Below, piece after piece: positions 8,161 through 17,758 of a stretch of 18,526 nucleotides of DNA. Under the pieces are notes generated by a model. It ran no database searches. It was not told the origin of the DNA and worked only from the letters and a program-made list of their open reading frames with translations. Each line of letters begins with the position of its first letter. Position 1 is the stretch's first letter. Made by a program: the position numbers and the translations under genes. The stretch comes from a virus. Taxonomy: Duplodnaviria > Heunggongvirae > Uroviricota > Caudoviricetes. The DNA lies in the IMG/VR virus record IMGVR_UViG_3300025429_000011, positions 1 through 18,526 of that record; one strand, given 5' to 3'.

Positions 8161-9797
8161 TGATTAATAAAATACAAAATATTGCCCCATTAATTCAAAA
8201 GCAGTTTCCTGCCTTCTATAATGAAGATGGGGCAAATTTTATTCAATTTGTTAAAGCTTATTATGAATGGTTAGATCAACAAGGTCCAATCTATAAAGCA
8301 AGAAGATTAGACAAATTTACTGATATTGATACTACATCTAATGATTTTATTCAATATTTTATTGACAAATACCTACACGGTATTCCAGCTAATATTTTAG
8401 CTAATAAAGCATTATTAGAAAAACATATTTTAGATCTTTATAGTTCTAAAGGAAGTGTTGAAGGTATTAAATTACTTTTTAGATTACTTTATAATTTAGA
8501 TGCAAATGTTTATCTTCCCCAAAATGATATATTAAAAATATCAGATGGCAAATGGATAGTTAAAATATACTTAGAAGTAGAAGAAAAAAAATATAACTAT
8601 ACCTTTAATAAACAAACAATTAAAGGTACTACTTCTGGTGCAACGGCACATGTTTCTGATGCGGTTAAAATAAGTCAAGCAGATAAAATTAATCACCTCT
8701 TCTATATTACTAATGTAAAAGAAGGACCTACTGGTTCATTATTTGTGCCAGGAGAGTATATAACTTATGATGGTTTAAATATAAATGATGCTCCTAAACT
8801 TTTAGGGTCTGTGGCTACTACTGATGTGTTAGGTTCTACGGAAGGTAATAAAATTGGGGATATTTTTATTCCTTCCAATACAAATCAAAATATAGGTGAA
8901 GGATTAAAATTTGTAGTTTCCGGATTACAAGATGCAACAAAATCTAGAGGTATTATTACTTTCAAGTTAGTAGACGGTGGGCAAGGGTACACTTTACACT
9001 CTAATGTAAATATAAGTTACGGAACAGCAACTCAAGGAACAGGTGCAGGATTTGTTGTAAAATCTATTATAAACCCTCAACAGTTTAGATATAATTTAAA
9101 TAAAATTAGTCATTCTTTAGATACTAATTTAAATGATAATTTTGGTGACCCATTGAACTCTTCCAATATTGATACTCTTTTAAATTCAGCTCTAACAGAT
9201 GATGTTATAACAGTAGGTACTATTGGTAGTATAGGAAGCGTAACTTCTGGTAATAGAGCATACAACGGAACATTAAATGTCAGTGTGTACGAGCCAATTA
9301 CTTATGGATATGGTGTTAAAGGATCTAATGGTGGTATATGGGGCGGCAATGCTGTAATAACTGGAAAACCTGCATCTGGTAATGGCATTATTTCTCAATT
9401 ATCAGTTCTTTCTTCTGGATACAATTTTAATGAAGGAGATACTATAGAAATTGAAAATATAAATGATGGTACAAAAAATGCAGAAATTACACTTCATTTA
9501 GATGGTCAAGGAAAAGAAGAAGGGTTCTGGCAAAATAATGATGGATTTTTAAATTCAGATAAATTTATGCAAGATAACTTTTATTATCAAGTATATTCCT
9601 ACGAGGTACAAGTAGAAAAATCTCTGGATAAATATATTGATATATTGAAGAAAGTAGTACATCCTATTGGAAATTTAATTTTTGCTAAGAATCTATATGT
9701 TGATAAAGATGTAAGCACTTTTACTAATCAATATGAAGCTATAGAAGTATATCACGGTATTTCATGGGAGAATGGTGTTTTACAAAACACTTATTAA
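8160..9797 (+). CDS. gp7: Baseplate wedge initiator, gp7-like
   Basis: N-terminal LIQKQFPAFY.EDG..FIQFVKAYYEWL; DLYSSKGS.EGIKLLFRLLY; C-terminal MQDNFYYQVYSYEV...KKVVHPIG; lies between gp6 and gp8. Confidence 0.8.
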   Translation: MINKIQNIAPLIQKQFPAFYNEDGANFIQFVKAYYEWLDQQGPIYKARRLDKFTDIDTTSNDFIQYFIDKYLHGIPANILANKALLEKHILDLYSSKGSVEGIKLLFRLLYNLDANVYLPQNDILKISDGKWIVKIYLEVEEKKYNYTFNKQTIKGTTSGATAHVSDAVKISQADKINHLFYITNVKEGPTGSLFVPGEYITYDGLNINDAPKLLGSVATTDVLGSTEGNKIGDIFIPSNTNQNIGEGLKFVVSGLQDATKSRGIITFKLVDGGQGYTLHSNVNISYGTATQGTGAGFVVKSIINPQQFRYNLNKISHSLDTNLNDNFGDPLNSSNIDTLLNSALTDDVITVGTIGSIGSVTSGNRAYNGTLNVSVYEPITYGYGVKGSNGGIWGGNAVITGKPASGNGIISQLSVLSSGYNFNEGDTIEIENINDGTKNAEITLHLDGQGKEEGFWQNNDGFLNSDKFMQDNFYYQVYSYEVQVEKSLDKYIDILKKVVHPIGNLIFAKNLYVDKDVSTFTNQYEAIEVYHGISWENGVLQNTY

Positions 9798-9808
9798 TAT
9801 AAAACAAC

Positions 9809-11308
9809 ATGTCAAGTATTTTTACAAGAAATCTTAAATCAAAATTTACAGAAGAATTTATTAATGATGTAGCAAGCGCTAATTCAAATTATTATATTTG
9901 TTTTGGTAAAGTTGATTCTTGGGATGATGATCAAAATCCTCCTTTAGCAAATGGAAGTGTTTTTGCTTCTTTTTATGATGTGCAAAAAAATATTTTATAC
10001 GGCAAGAAAGTCAGCGTATCTGATATTGCTTATATGGCAAAAAACATTCAATATGTTCCAGGCACAATATACGACTATTATGATGATAAAGACCCGGATC
10101 TTTATAATAAAAATTTCTACGTAATTAATCAATACGGAAGAGTATATAAGTGTTTGTTTAATAATTATGGAGCTCCTTCAACTACAGTTCCAAACATAAC
10201 AAGTACTATAGGTGATTTTACAACTGCTGATGGTTATATTTGGAAATATCTTTTCTATGTGCCTACTACTTTTCAAAAGAAATTTAGTACAGATGAATAT
10301 TTTGCAGCTAACACAGATCCTTCCGTACAGTTTCATTCAGAACCCGGAGCTATACATGTTATAGTTGTTGATAGCAGCGCAAACGGTTATATTCAGACAT
10401 CAGGTTATGTACAAGAATATATCTCACCTACATTAGTGAGAATAGATACCGGTGCACTTCCAGTAAATGGTGCATATACTAATTCTGCTTTTTATGTAGT
10501 TTATGGTACCGGAGCTGGATCTATTTTAAAAATTTCAAACTATGTTGCTAATGAACAAGGTAATTTTGTTTACACCACTGATAATATACCTCAATTAGAT
10601 ACTACTTCTTTTTATAGTATTGTACCTTACGTAACAATTAATGGTGATGGTAACGGCTGTGCTGCAATACCAGTAGTTAATAATTTTACTTCATATATTG
10701 ACTCTATTCAAGTTATTAATAGAGGCTCTAATTTTTCTTATGCTGATATAAGTGTAGAAGCAAATAGTGTTTTTGTTACCGGCAATACTGTTTTACATGC
10801 AATTATATCTCCACCAGGAGGTCATGGCTCTAATGTAGTTAAAGAATTAGGTTGTGATACTACAGGTATGTCTGTTTTTGTTGCTAATACCGATGGATTC
10901 CCTTCATGGGTTACCTATAGACAATTAAGCCTGCTTTACAATCCAATTTCAGCATCTAATAATAGTATATTTAATGATTCAGGGTTTAAAAATTATTATA
11001 CTATGAACGTTACTATAAATAATTTGCCATTTCAACCTTTTGAAACTATTACAGGATTTTTAAGTGGAGCAACTGGTATAGTACTTTATTGTGATGATGG
11101 TCAAATGTTCGTTTATAACGTACAAGGCACATTTGCTGCTTTCGAATTAGTAACCGGTACATATTCCGGATATACTGCTTTAATTTCTACAATAATACCT
11201 CCGCAACTTACAATAAATACTGGAGAAATATTTTATTATAGAAATATAGAACCAATTACAAGAGATCCATTCTCTTCAGAACAAATTAAATTATTTTTTA
11301 AGGTTTAA
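9809..11308 (+). CDS. gp8: Baseplate wedge subunit gp8
   Basis: YYICFGKVDSW.DDQNPP; YDYYDD; FYVIN..GRVYKCLFNN.GAPSTT.P; TADGYIWKYLF; ISPPGGHGSN; TGEIFYYRNIEPITR...EQIKLFF. Confidence 0.9.
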   Translation: MSSIFTRNLKSKFTEEFINDVASANSNYYICFGKVDSWDDDQNPPLANGSVFASFYDVQKNILYGKKVSVSDIAYMAKNIQYVPGTIYDYYDDKDPDLYNKNFYVINQYGRVYKCLFNNYGAPSTTVPNITSTIGDFTTADGYIWKYLFYVPTTFQKKFSTDEYFAANTDPSVQFHSEPGAIHVIVVDSSANGYIQTSGYVQEYISPTLVRIDTGALPVNGAYTNSAFYVVYGTGAGSILKISNYVANEQGNFVYTTDNIPQLDTTSFYSIVPYVTINGDGNGCAAIPVVNNFTSYIDSIQVINRGSNFSYADISVEANSVFVTGNTVLHAIISPPGGHGSNVVKELGCDTTGMSVFVANTDGFPSWVTYRQLSLLYNPISASNNSIFNDSGFKNYYTMNVTINNLPFQPFETITGFLSGATGIVLYCDDGQMFVYNVQGTFAAFELVTGTYSGYTALISTIIPPQLTINTGEIFYYRNIEPITRDPFSSEQIKLFFKV

Positions 11309-11317
11309 GGATATAAA

Positions 11318-14275
11318 ATGGCTGGACTAACAACAAATTTTAATGTTGCTCCTTTTTATGATGATTTTGACGAAGCAAACAATTATTATAGAATTCTTTT
11401 TAGACCAGCAACAGCAGTTCAAGCTCGTGAATTGACGCAATTGCAATCTATTTTGCAAACACAAATTGCAAGATTTGGAAATAGTATCTATAAAGATGGC
11501 TCTATTATTGAAGGCTGTAATTTTACATCTTATCCAAATATTAACCAAGTTAAATTTAAAGACAGTAATAATATTACATTAGATTTTACTACTATTACAC
11601 CATCTTATCAAGATATCGCCGTTGATGCTAACAATACAACGTTTAATTCCTCTAATACATTTCTTTTAGTATCAAATACTAACGGACTACGTGCTTCTGT
11701 GTTTAGAGCTTTTACTGGTACCGAATTACAAGTACCTAATACTAATAGAGCATATGTTCAGTATTTAAATACAGGAAACAATGGTGCTACTGACTTTGGT
11801 CAAACATCACAGCAAATTGACGTCTACTCTTCTAATCAACCTAAGAATGGTTTACTTTCTGCAGACAATAAATTAGGTGTAGTATATACCCTCACTTCTA
11901 ATTCTACCGTTAACGCTTTAGGTAAAGGTTATGGTATGAGAGTAGGTAAAGGTATTATTTACCAAAAAGGTTTCTTCTTAAGAACTCTTCCATCTAATTT
12001 TATTATTAAAGAACATGATTCTAATGCAGCCGGTATAGTGATTGGATTTGATACTTCAGAATATATTGTAACACCTTATGAAGATCCAGCATTATTTGAT
12101 AATTCTCAAGGTAGCCCTAATTATGGTGCACCAGGAGCATTTAGATTAAAATTAACACCATCACCAATATTTTATGATTCATCTAATACATCTGTAGCAG
12201 TTCCAAATAACTTTATGACAATTGTAAGTTTCGATCAAGGTACTGGTCAATTTATTACTCAACAAAATACTGGATTAGCATTAAGCACGCTAGGCGATTT
12301 TATGGCTCAACGCATTAGTGAGATAAATGGTGATTTTATTGTTAAGCCTTTTGCTATTAATGTTGTTCCTCATGAAGCTAATACTTCTCTCATGTATTAT
12401 ACAGCATCACCTGGTATTGCCTATGTTGATGGGTATAGAGTGCAAATTAGAAATCAAGTTAGAACATTAGTTCCTAGAGGCATTAACGGTAAATCAATTA
12501 CTGGAGATTCTATAATTTTATCAATGGGCAATTACTTCTTCTTACAAGAAGTAGTAGGAGCGTTAGATGTTCAAAATTTAGAAACTGTAACATTTTATGA
12601 TACATTTCAAAATGCAATATCATTGAATCCCACTATTACATCTCCTGCAGGAACTGCACTAGGTAAAGCAAATATTAAAGCTTTTAAAATTTATTCTGGT
12701 ATTAAAGGTACACCTTCTGCGGTTTATCAATTATTTGTTTTTAATATTCAATTAAACCCGGGTGTAAAACCAAGCTCTATTAAAAGCGTTTATGGTAATT
12801 CTTCTATTTTTGGAAAATTTTATGCAGATATTGTTCCTGATTCTTTAACTGGTTTATCTGTATTAAATGAAGCTTCTCTATCTGCACCTCTTTATAACAT
12901 AGGGTTTACTGGTGTTAATTCGTTAAAGAATTTTGACGGTGTTAATGGAACGCAGTTTAACTATAGAACTGTATTAACTGGTTCACTTACACCGGAAACT
13001 GTTGCAGGTAATAGAATAAGTAAGGTAACATTTACAATTCCTGGGCCTGATGAATTTCCTTATGGTACAGGTTACTTAGATGATTTTACTTCTCAAGATC
13101 TTCAAATTATGTTTGGCCAAGATTCTTTAAGCAACACAGTTATTAATACTGCACAAATATTAGGCGATACCGGTAATACAATTACAAGTGCTGATGATTT
13201 TACTATTAGTCTCTACCCAGGTGCTACTATTGCAGTAACTAACACAATTACTAATTCTGTACAGTATGGAACTATTAGTAGTGTTAATTCAAGTAATTCT
13301 ATTTCCTTATATACAAATATAACAAATGCTGGCAATCTTAGATTGCAACAATTTTTTAAGAAAGGTGAAGCAGTAAACTTCTACGGAAGCGGTAATACTA
13401 TTCATCAAGATTCTTCAACATCAATTACAGCAACTATTGCTTTTGATCCAGCCTCACCATCTTATGTAATGTATGGGCAAATTCCACAAACTAGAACTGC
13501 TGCATTACCTATAAAAAAGAAAGTTCTTAAAAATCAACTAGTAAAAATTGATTGCGGTACTAATGATGGCGGTTTAACCGGTCCATGGACTTTAGGTATT
13601 TCTGATGCATTTAATATAGCTAATGTTTATATTGGTACATCATACAGCACTGATAATCCTGATCAAAAAAACTGGTTTACTTTAGATACAGGTCAAAGAG
13701 ACGGATATTATTCAAATGCTAGATTAAGTTTAAAACCGCAATACAAAAATGCATTAACTTCTCTTTCTAAACTATTAGTACAAGTTGACTGTTTTTATCC
13801 TAATACATCATCAACCGAGGCTGGATTCTTTAGTAAAGATTCTTACCCTATAGATGACTATAATCCATCAACTAATGCAAATGCTATTGCAACTGCTCAA
13901 ATTCCTATCTATACAGATTCTTCTAATTTAACTTATGATTTAAGAAACCATATAGATATTAGACCGGTAATGTCAAATACTGCAGTTTATACAAGTATAG
14001 TAAGCTTAGCAACCGAAAATCCAATATTAAATACTAATACTTTCTTTACTTCTAATAACGTTACTATAGATCCAGATTCTAAATTTTCGTTTAATGTAAA
14101 TTATTTTCTTCCTAGAATAGATTTATTAGTAATAGATAAAAACGGTAAATTAATAGCTAAATTAGGTACAGTATCAAATGATCCTCAACCGCCTGCCCTA
14201 AATAATTCAGGGTTAAGTATTGCACAAATTTATGTTCCACCTTATCCTTCTTTAACATTCCCAGAAGCACAGTAA
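11318..14275 (+). CDS. VrlC/DUF4815-family large virion structural protein, N-terminal part
   Basis: TNFNVAPFYDDFD...YYRILFRP..AVQARELTQLQSILQ.QIARFG; DPALFDNSQGSPNYGAPGAFRLK; PGIAYVDGYRV; FTLDTGQRDGYY; LRNHIDIRP; YFLPRIDLLV. AAGGA SD upstream. Confidence 0.85.
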   Translation: MAGLTTNFNVAPFYDDFDEANNYYRILFRPATAVQARELTQLQSILQTQIARFGNSIYKDGSIIEGCNFTSYPNINQVKFKDSNNITLDFTTITPSYQDIAVDANNTTFNSSNTFLLVSNTNGLRASVFRAFTGTELQVPNTNRAYVQYLNTGNNGATDFGQTSQQIDVYSSNQPKNGLLSADNKLGVVYTLTSNSTVNALGKGYGMRVGKGIIYQKGFFLRTLPSNFIIKEHDSNAAGIVIGFDTSEYIVTPYEDPALFDNSQGSPNYGAPGAFRLKLTPSPIFYDSSNTSVAVPNNFMTIVSFDQGTGQFITQQNTGLALSTLGDFMAQRISEINGDFIVKPFAINVVPHEANTSLMYYTASPGIAYVDGYRVQIRNQVRTLVPRGINGKSITGDSIILSMGNYFFLQEVVGALDVQNLETVTFYDTFQNAISLNPTITSPAGTALGKANIKAFKIYSGIKGTPSAVYQLFVFNIQLNPGVKPSSIKSVYGNSSIFGKFYADIVPDSLTGLSVLNEASLSAPLYNIGFTGVNSLKNFDGVNGTQFNYRTVLTGSLTPETVAGNRISKVTFTIPGPDEFPYGTGYLDDFTSQDLQIMFGQDSLSNTVINTAQILGDTGNTITSADDFTISLYPGATIAVTNTITNSVQYGTISSVNSSNSISLYTNITNAGNLRLQQFFKKGEAVNFYGSGNTIHQDSSTSITATIAFDPASPSYVMYGQIPQTRTAALPIKKKVLKNQLVKIDCGTNDGGLTGPWTLGISDAFNIANVYIGTSYSTDNPDQKNWFTLDTGQRDGYYSNARLSLKPQYKNALTSLSKLLVQVDCFYPNTSSTEAGFFSKDSYPIDDYNPSTNANAIATAQIPIYTDSSNLTYDLRNHIDIRPVMSNTAVYTSIVSLATENPILNTNTFFTSNNVTIDPDSKFSFNVNYFLPRIDLLVIDKNGKLIAKLGTVSNDPQPPALNNSGLSIAQIYVPPYPSLTFPEAQ

Positions 14276-14278
14276 AAA

Positions 14279-15844
14279 ATGTCATATAATAGACCAGATC
14301 TTGCAGTAAAAGTAAATATTCAAACTATTAAAGGCTATACTATGAAAGAAATTGGGAATTTAGATTCCCGTATTTCTAGACTTGAATATTATACTGTACT
14401 TAACGCCTTAGAAACTTCTGCTAATCAAAAATCAGTATCTAATAATGTCACTGGTCAGCAAAGATTTAAAAACGGTATTTTTGCCGATCCTTTCAATGAT
14501 TTTTCATTAAGTGACGTAAATGATCCAGAATTTAGAATAGCTATTGATTCAAGTCAAGGCAATTTAAGACCTTTATTTTCTCAGCAATATGGTCTTTATT
14601 TGTTTGTAGGATTGGCAAGCTCAGGTTATAAAATGCAAGGCCGAATGGCCATGATTGATTATGACGAGGAGCAAGTTATTGCTAATCCAGCTGCTTCAAA
14701 CTATAGAAACCCCATAGAAAATTTCTTTTCCTTTACTGGGCAAGTTACATTATTTCCTAATTTTGATAATGCTGTTAGCGTAACATCTAATCCAGTACCG
14801 CAAAATATAACAGTTGATTTATCTTCAGGGTATAAAAATTTACTTTCTACTGGTTCTATTCAAACACACCAAGATATAAGTTCTGTAGCAGCTGCACCCA
14901 CTCTAGTTTCATCTACGTCAACTACTAATTATTGGTCTCAAACAACTACTACTACCTCTTCTGATTTAACTGTAGGAAGTCAAAGCAGCACTCAAGATTT
15001 AGGAAGTGTAGTAACCGATGTTAGTATATTAGAATATATGAATCAAAATATTATTATGGGTATTATTTTTGGTGTTAAACCTAACACTATACTATACGCG
15101 TTTTTTGATACTCAACCTGTAGGCCAGTATATTACTCCTGCATTAGTAAATCAAAAATATCAAGATGCTAAAGGAGATTTTAATTCTCAATCATTTAACC
15201 TTTTAGGCACTGGAAGAACTACACCTATTTTAGTTAAAAACGGAAACTTAGGAGACCCTATAGTTTCAAATGAAAACGGTAAAGCTTATTTCTTCTTTTA
15301 TTTACCGGCGAATACTTTTAGAACTGGTACAAAACAAATTTATTTTTCAGATCAACCAAATTATTCATTAGCATCGACTTCAAAAACTACTGCTGTTGGT
15401 ACCTACACCGGACAATCTTTATCATATACTACAAAGCCGCAATCATTTACTGCTATTGAACCTGTATTTTCTAAACAAACTACAACAACAGAAACTTCTT
15501 CGGGATATACTACTGCCGTACCGCAGCCACCTCCTCCACCTCCGCCACCAATACCTAATCCTACTCCATCACCACCATGGCCAGTATATGTTCCAGCTCC
15601 ACCTCCACCACCACCGGGCCCACCATATCCATGGCCAACATACGTTACACCAACACCTCCACCTCCACCACCACCACCACCTCCTCCACCGGTTCCACAA
15701 CCTGATCCGCAACCTACTCCGGTAATAAGTTACGATTATGGTGTTGATACTGGCTATGACGGCGGCGGTGACGGCGGAGGCGCATCTGCAGGTTGTGGTA
15801 ATAGTTCAGATTCCGGTGAAGGATGTGGAACATCTGCAGAGTAA
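14279..15844 (+). CDS. VrlC/DUF4815-family protein, middle part, ending in a polyproline and Gly/Asp/Cys-rich tail
   Basis: YTMKEIGNLDSRISRLEYYTVLNALE and RFKNGIFADPF are motifs normally internal to this family; also GVKPNT.LYAFFD and FRTGTK. Same reading frame as the preceding ORF, separated by TAA AAA. Confidence 0.82.
   Translation: MSYNRPDLAVKVNIQTIKGYTMKEIGNLDSRISRLEYYTVLNALETSANQKSVSNNVTGQQRFKNGIFADPFNDFSLSDVNDPEFRIAIDSSQGNLRPLFSQQYGLYLFVGLASSGYKMQGRMAMIDYDEEQVIANPAASNYRNPIENFFSFTGQVTLFPNFDNAVSVTSNPVPQNITVDLSSGYKNLLSTGSIQTHQDISSVAAAPTLVSSTSTTNYWSQTTTTTSSDLTVGSQSSTQDLGSVVTDVSILEYMNQNIIMGIIFGVKPNTILYAFFDTQPVGQYITPALVNQKYQDAKGDFNSQSFNLLGTGRTTPILVKNGNLGDPIVSNENGKAYFFFYLPANTFRTGTKQIYFSDQPNYSLASTSKTTAVGTYTGQSLSYTTKPQSFTAIEPVFSKQTTTTETSSGYTTAVPQPPPPPPPPIPNPTPSPPWPVYVPAPPPPPPGPPYPWPTYVTPTPPPPPPPPPPPPVPQPDPQPTPVISYDYGVDTGYDGGGDGGGASAGCGNSSDSGEGCGTSAE
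15521..15721 (+). repeat. Low-complexity CCN-rich coding repeat (polyproline runs of 8, 6 and 12, with two PWP.YV units)
   Basis: Visible CCA/CCT/CCG array; CCATGGCCA occurs twice; strongly C-rich compared with the AT-rich background. Confidence 0.95.
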
Positions 15845-15884
15845 TATATATTAATGAGATTAAGTAATTAACAGGGAATAAAAA

Positions 15885-17537
15885 ATGGCTACTGACGCCT
15901 TACTGCAAACATTTCAAATGAACTATTCAACATCTCCTAATATACCGGGGACGTATCTTACTAGTTTGGGTGTTTTTTTTAAAAATAAAAGTGAAACATT
16001 TGGCATCGCTTGCGTTATATACGGAACAACTAATGGATACCCAGACTCTAGTAAAAATTTAGGTTCTGGATACCTAACACCTGATCAAATAATTACTAGC
16101 GACGATTCTAGCGCTGAATCTAAGTTTTTATTTAGTACTCCTATTATGATTCAAAATGATCAATTGTATGCGTTTGCACTTTTACCAGATGCAGGAAGCC
16201 CTGATTTTGATGTTTTTACATCAGAATTAGGAGGAACAGATTTATTAACTGGTAATTTAATTTCTACTCAACCGTATTCTGGAACATTATTTACTACTTC
16301 AAACCAAACAACATTTGTTCCTAACGTTACTACTGAAATTAAATTTAATTTATATAGAGCTAAATTTAAATACAATCAAGCTACTTTAGTATTCCGTAAT
16401 CAGAATATAGATAACCTAACTCTAGAAGGTTATAAACGCTATAGCACTTCTATACCATTACAGATCGGTGATGAAGTGTATGCAGTAAATACAAGTACCG
16501 GTGAATTATTAACTAATACTGCCATATATCCGTATGGTAAAATATTTACAGCTGATGAATTATCACAAGAAGTGCAGTTAATTAATACTACTGGTAATTT
16601 TAACGTAGAAAATTACCCTATGTTAAAAATATTTAGATCTCCAGAACCTGGTAATACATCATACCTTACTAGTAATGATTATTTAATAGCTACTGCAAAT
16701 TTACAATCTATTGATAATATAAGCTATCATTCTTTAGTACCTAAATTTGTAGTTACTGAGCCTGCAGGCTCTTCAGTTACTATGAATTATCAGGGAACCT
16801 CTAATACTCTAAATGGAAGCGTAAAAGATATTTCTGCATTAGCAGTTCATAATGAACAAAGATATGACTTTACTGATTATGAAAGATCTCTGCTTTCCTA
16901 TTCTAATGAAAGACATAGAATATTTGGTTCATATGGAGCAAATGGAACAGGTACTGTTATAATTAACATGTATTCTTCTTCTCCTTATTCATCACCTGTT
17001 TTAGATACATTAACTAAAAGAGTTAATTATATTTCTAATCAAATAAATAATTTAGCAGATAATGAAGATACTATTTACGGTGATGCACTTAATAAGTATA
17101 TCTCACAACCAGTAGTTATGAATATAACTGCAGAAGATTTAAGATTCTACTTAATTGGATATCGCCCTCTAGGGACTAATATTAATGTTTATGCAAGATT
17201 TAGAAATAATCATGATTCTTCTCTATTAAAAGATAATCCATGGAGTCAATTATATCTAGATCCAACACAAACAAATCTTTATAGTTCTTCTAAGGATCAA
17301 ACAGATTACCAAGAGTATAATTATTATATACCTGTCGGTAACACGGTCGCTAATCAAACAATTGCCTATATGGATCCTCACTCACAACCACAAGCAAATA
17401 CTCTAACTTATTTTGGTACTAGTGGTGCTCAATATGATGGTTTTGATAGTTTCCAAATAAAAGTTGTTCTTTTATCTGATGATCAAATTAAATATCCAAC
17501 CCTTAAATCAATATCAGCAATTGCATTGTTACAATAA
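15885..17537 (+). CDS. VrlC/DUF4815-family protein, C-terminal part
   Basis: Begins at DALLQTF (cf. the family DPLAQTF motif); YLTSLGVFF; QPYSGTLFTTSN; IKFNLYRAKF; SPVLD; KYISQPV; EYNY; FDSFQIKVVLLS....P......AIAL. AGGGA SD upstream. Confidence 0.82.
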   Translation: MATDALLQTFQMNYSTSPNIPGTYLTSLGVFFKNKSETFGIACVIYGTTNGYPDSSKNLGSGYLTPDQIITSDDSSAESKFLFSTPIMIQNDQLYAFALLPDAGSPDFDVFTSELGGTDLLTGNLISTQPYSGTLFTTSNQTTFVPNVTTEIKFNLYRAKFKYNQATLVFRNQNIDNLTLEGYKRYSTSIPLQIGDEVYAVNTSTGELLTNTAIYPYGKIFTADELSQEVQLINTTGNFNVENYPMLKIFRSPEPGNTSYLTSNDYLIATANLQSIDNISYHSLVPKFVVTEPAGSSVTMNYQGTSNTLNGSVKDISALAVHNEQRYDFTDYERSLLSYSNERHRIFGSYGANGTGTVIINMYSSSPYSSPVLDTLTKRVNYISNQINNLADNEDTIYGDALNKYISQPVVMNITAEDLRFYLIGYRPLGTNINVYARFRNNHDSSLLKDNPWSQLYLDPTQTNLYSSSKDQTDYQEYNYYIPVGNTVANQTIAYMDPHSQPQANTLTYFGTSGAQYDGFDSFQIKVVLLSDDQIKYPTLKSISAIALLQ

Positions 17538-17758
17538 TGGCAGACAGTAATTTTATACTTCAAAAAGGTAATAGAGGTGCCGCAATAAACAATAATAGAG
17601 AATCTTATGGTTCCTATTATAGACAAAGAAATTTGATGGCTAAAAATTTAGCACAAGGTGAGCAAATAGAAAACTTGCAAAATCAAATTAATCAGATTCA
17701 AGAAGATCAAATACAAATAAAAGAATTGTTGTTACAACTACTAGAAAAAAGCAAATGA
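17537..17758 (+). CDS. Small coiled-coil protein typical of the position downstream of VrlC-like genes in T4-like phages
   Basis: TAATG overlap; GAAINNN...Y..Y..QR followed by heptad-like IENLQNQINQIQEDQIQIKELLLQLLEK. Confidence 0.75.
   Translation: MADSNFILQKGNRGAAINNNRESYGSYYRQRNLMAKNLAQGEQIENLQNQINQIQEDQIQIKELLLQLLEKSK

Noticed and set aside
11014..11021. Second TATAAATA inside gp8
   Set aside because: Intragenic and about 300 nt from the next start; chance occurrences are expected at this AT content.
1..11308. Bacterial eCIS/T6SS/tailocin locus instead of phage
   Set aside because: T4-style gp6/gp7/gp8, VrlC-like genes and a late-promoter motif point to a T4-like phage; no Tss/Afp-specific genes seen.
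15396..15725. 109-aa His-rich alternative-frame ORF
   Set aside because: CAC/CTC codons are the shifted reading of the CCA/CCT proline repeat; no credible start or SD.
15480..15844. DGR variable region, intron or intein at the GC-rich tail
   Set aside because: No template repeat, reverse transcriptase, homing endonuclease or Hint motifs are visible in the window.
15842..15871. AT palindrome TAATATATATTA and three TTAA boxes (possible operator or CtrA site)
   Set aside because: Spacings are 5 and 4 nt, not TTAA-N7-TTAA; expected by chance in AT-rich DNA; no terminator-like GC stem.
15839..15887. Possible T4 gene-60-style ribosomal bypass across the 40-nt gap (GAG TAA ... GAG)
   Set aside because: The matching GAG at 15856-15858 leads into the wrong frame and a stop; the downstream ORF has its own SD and ATG.
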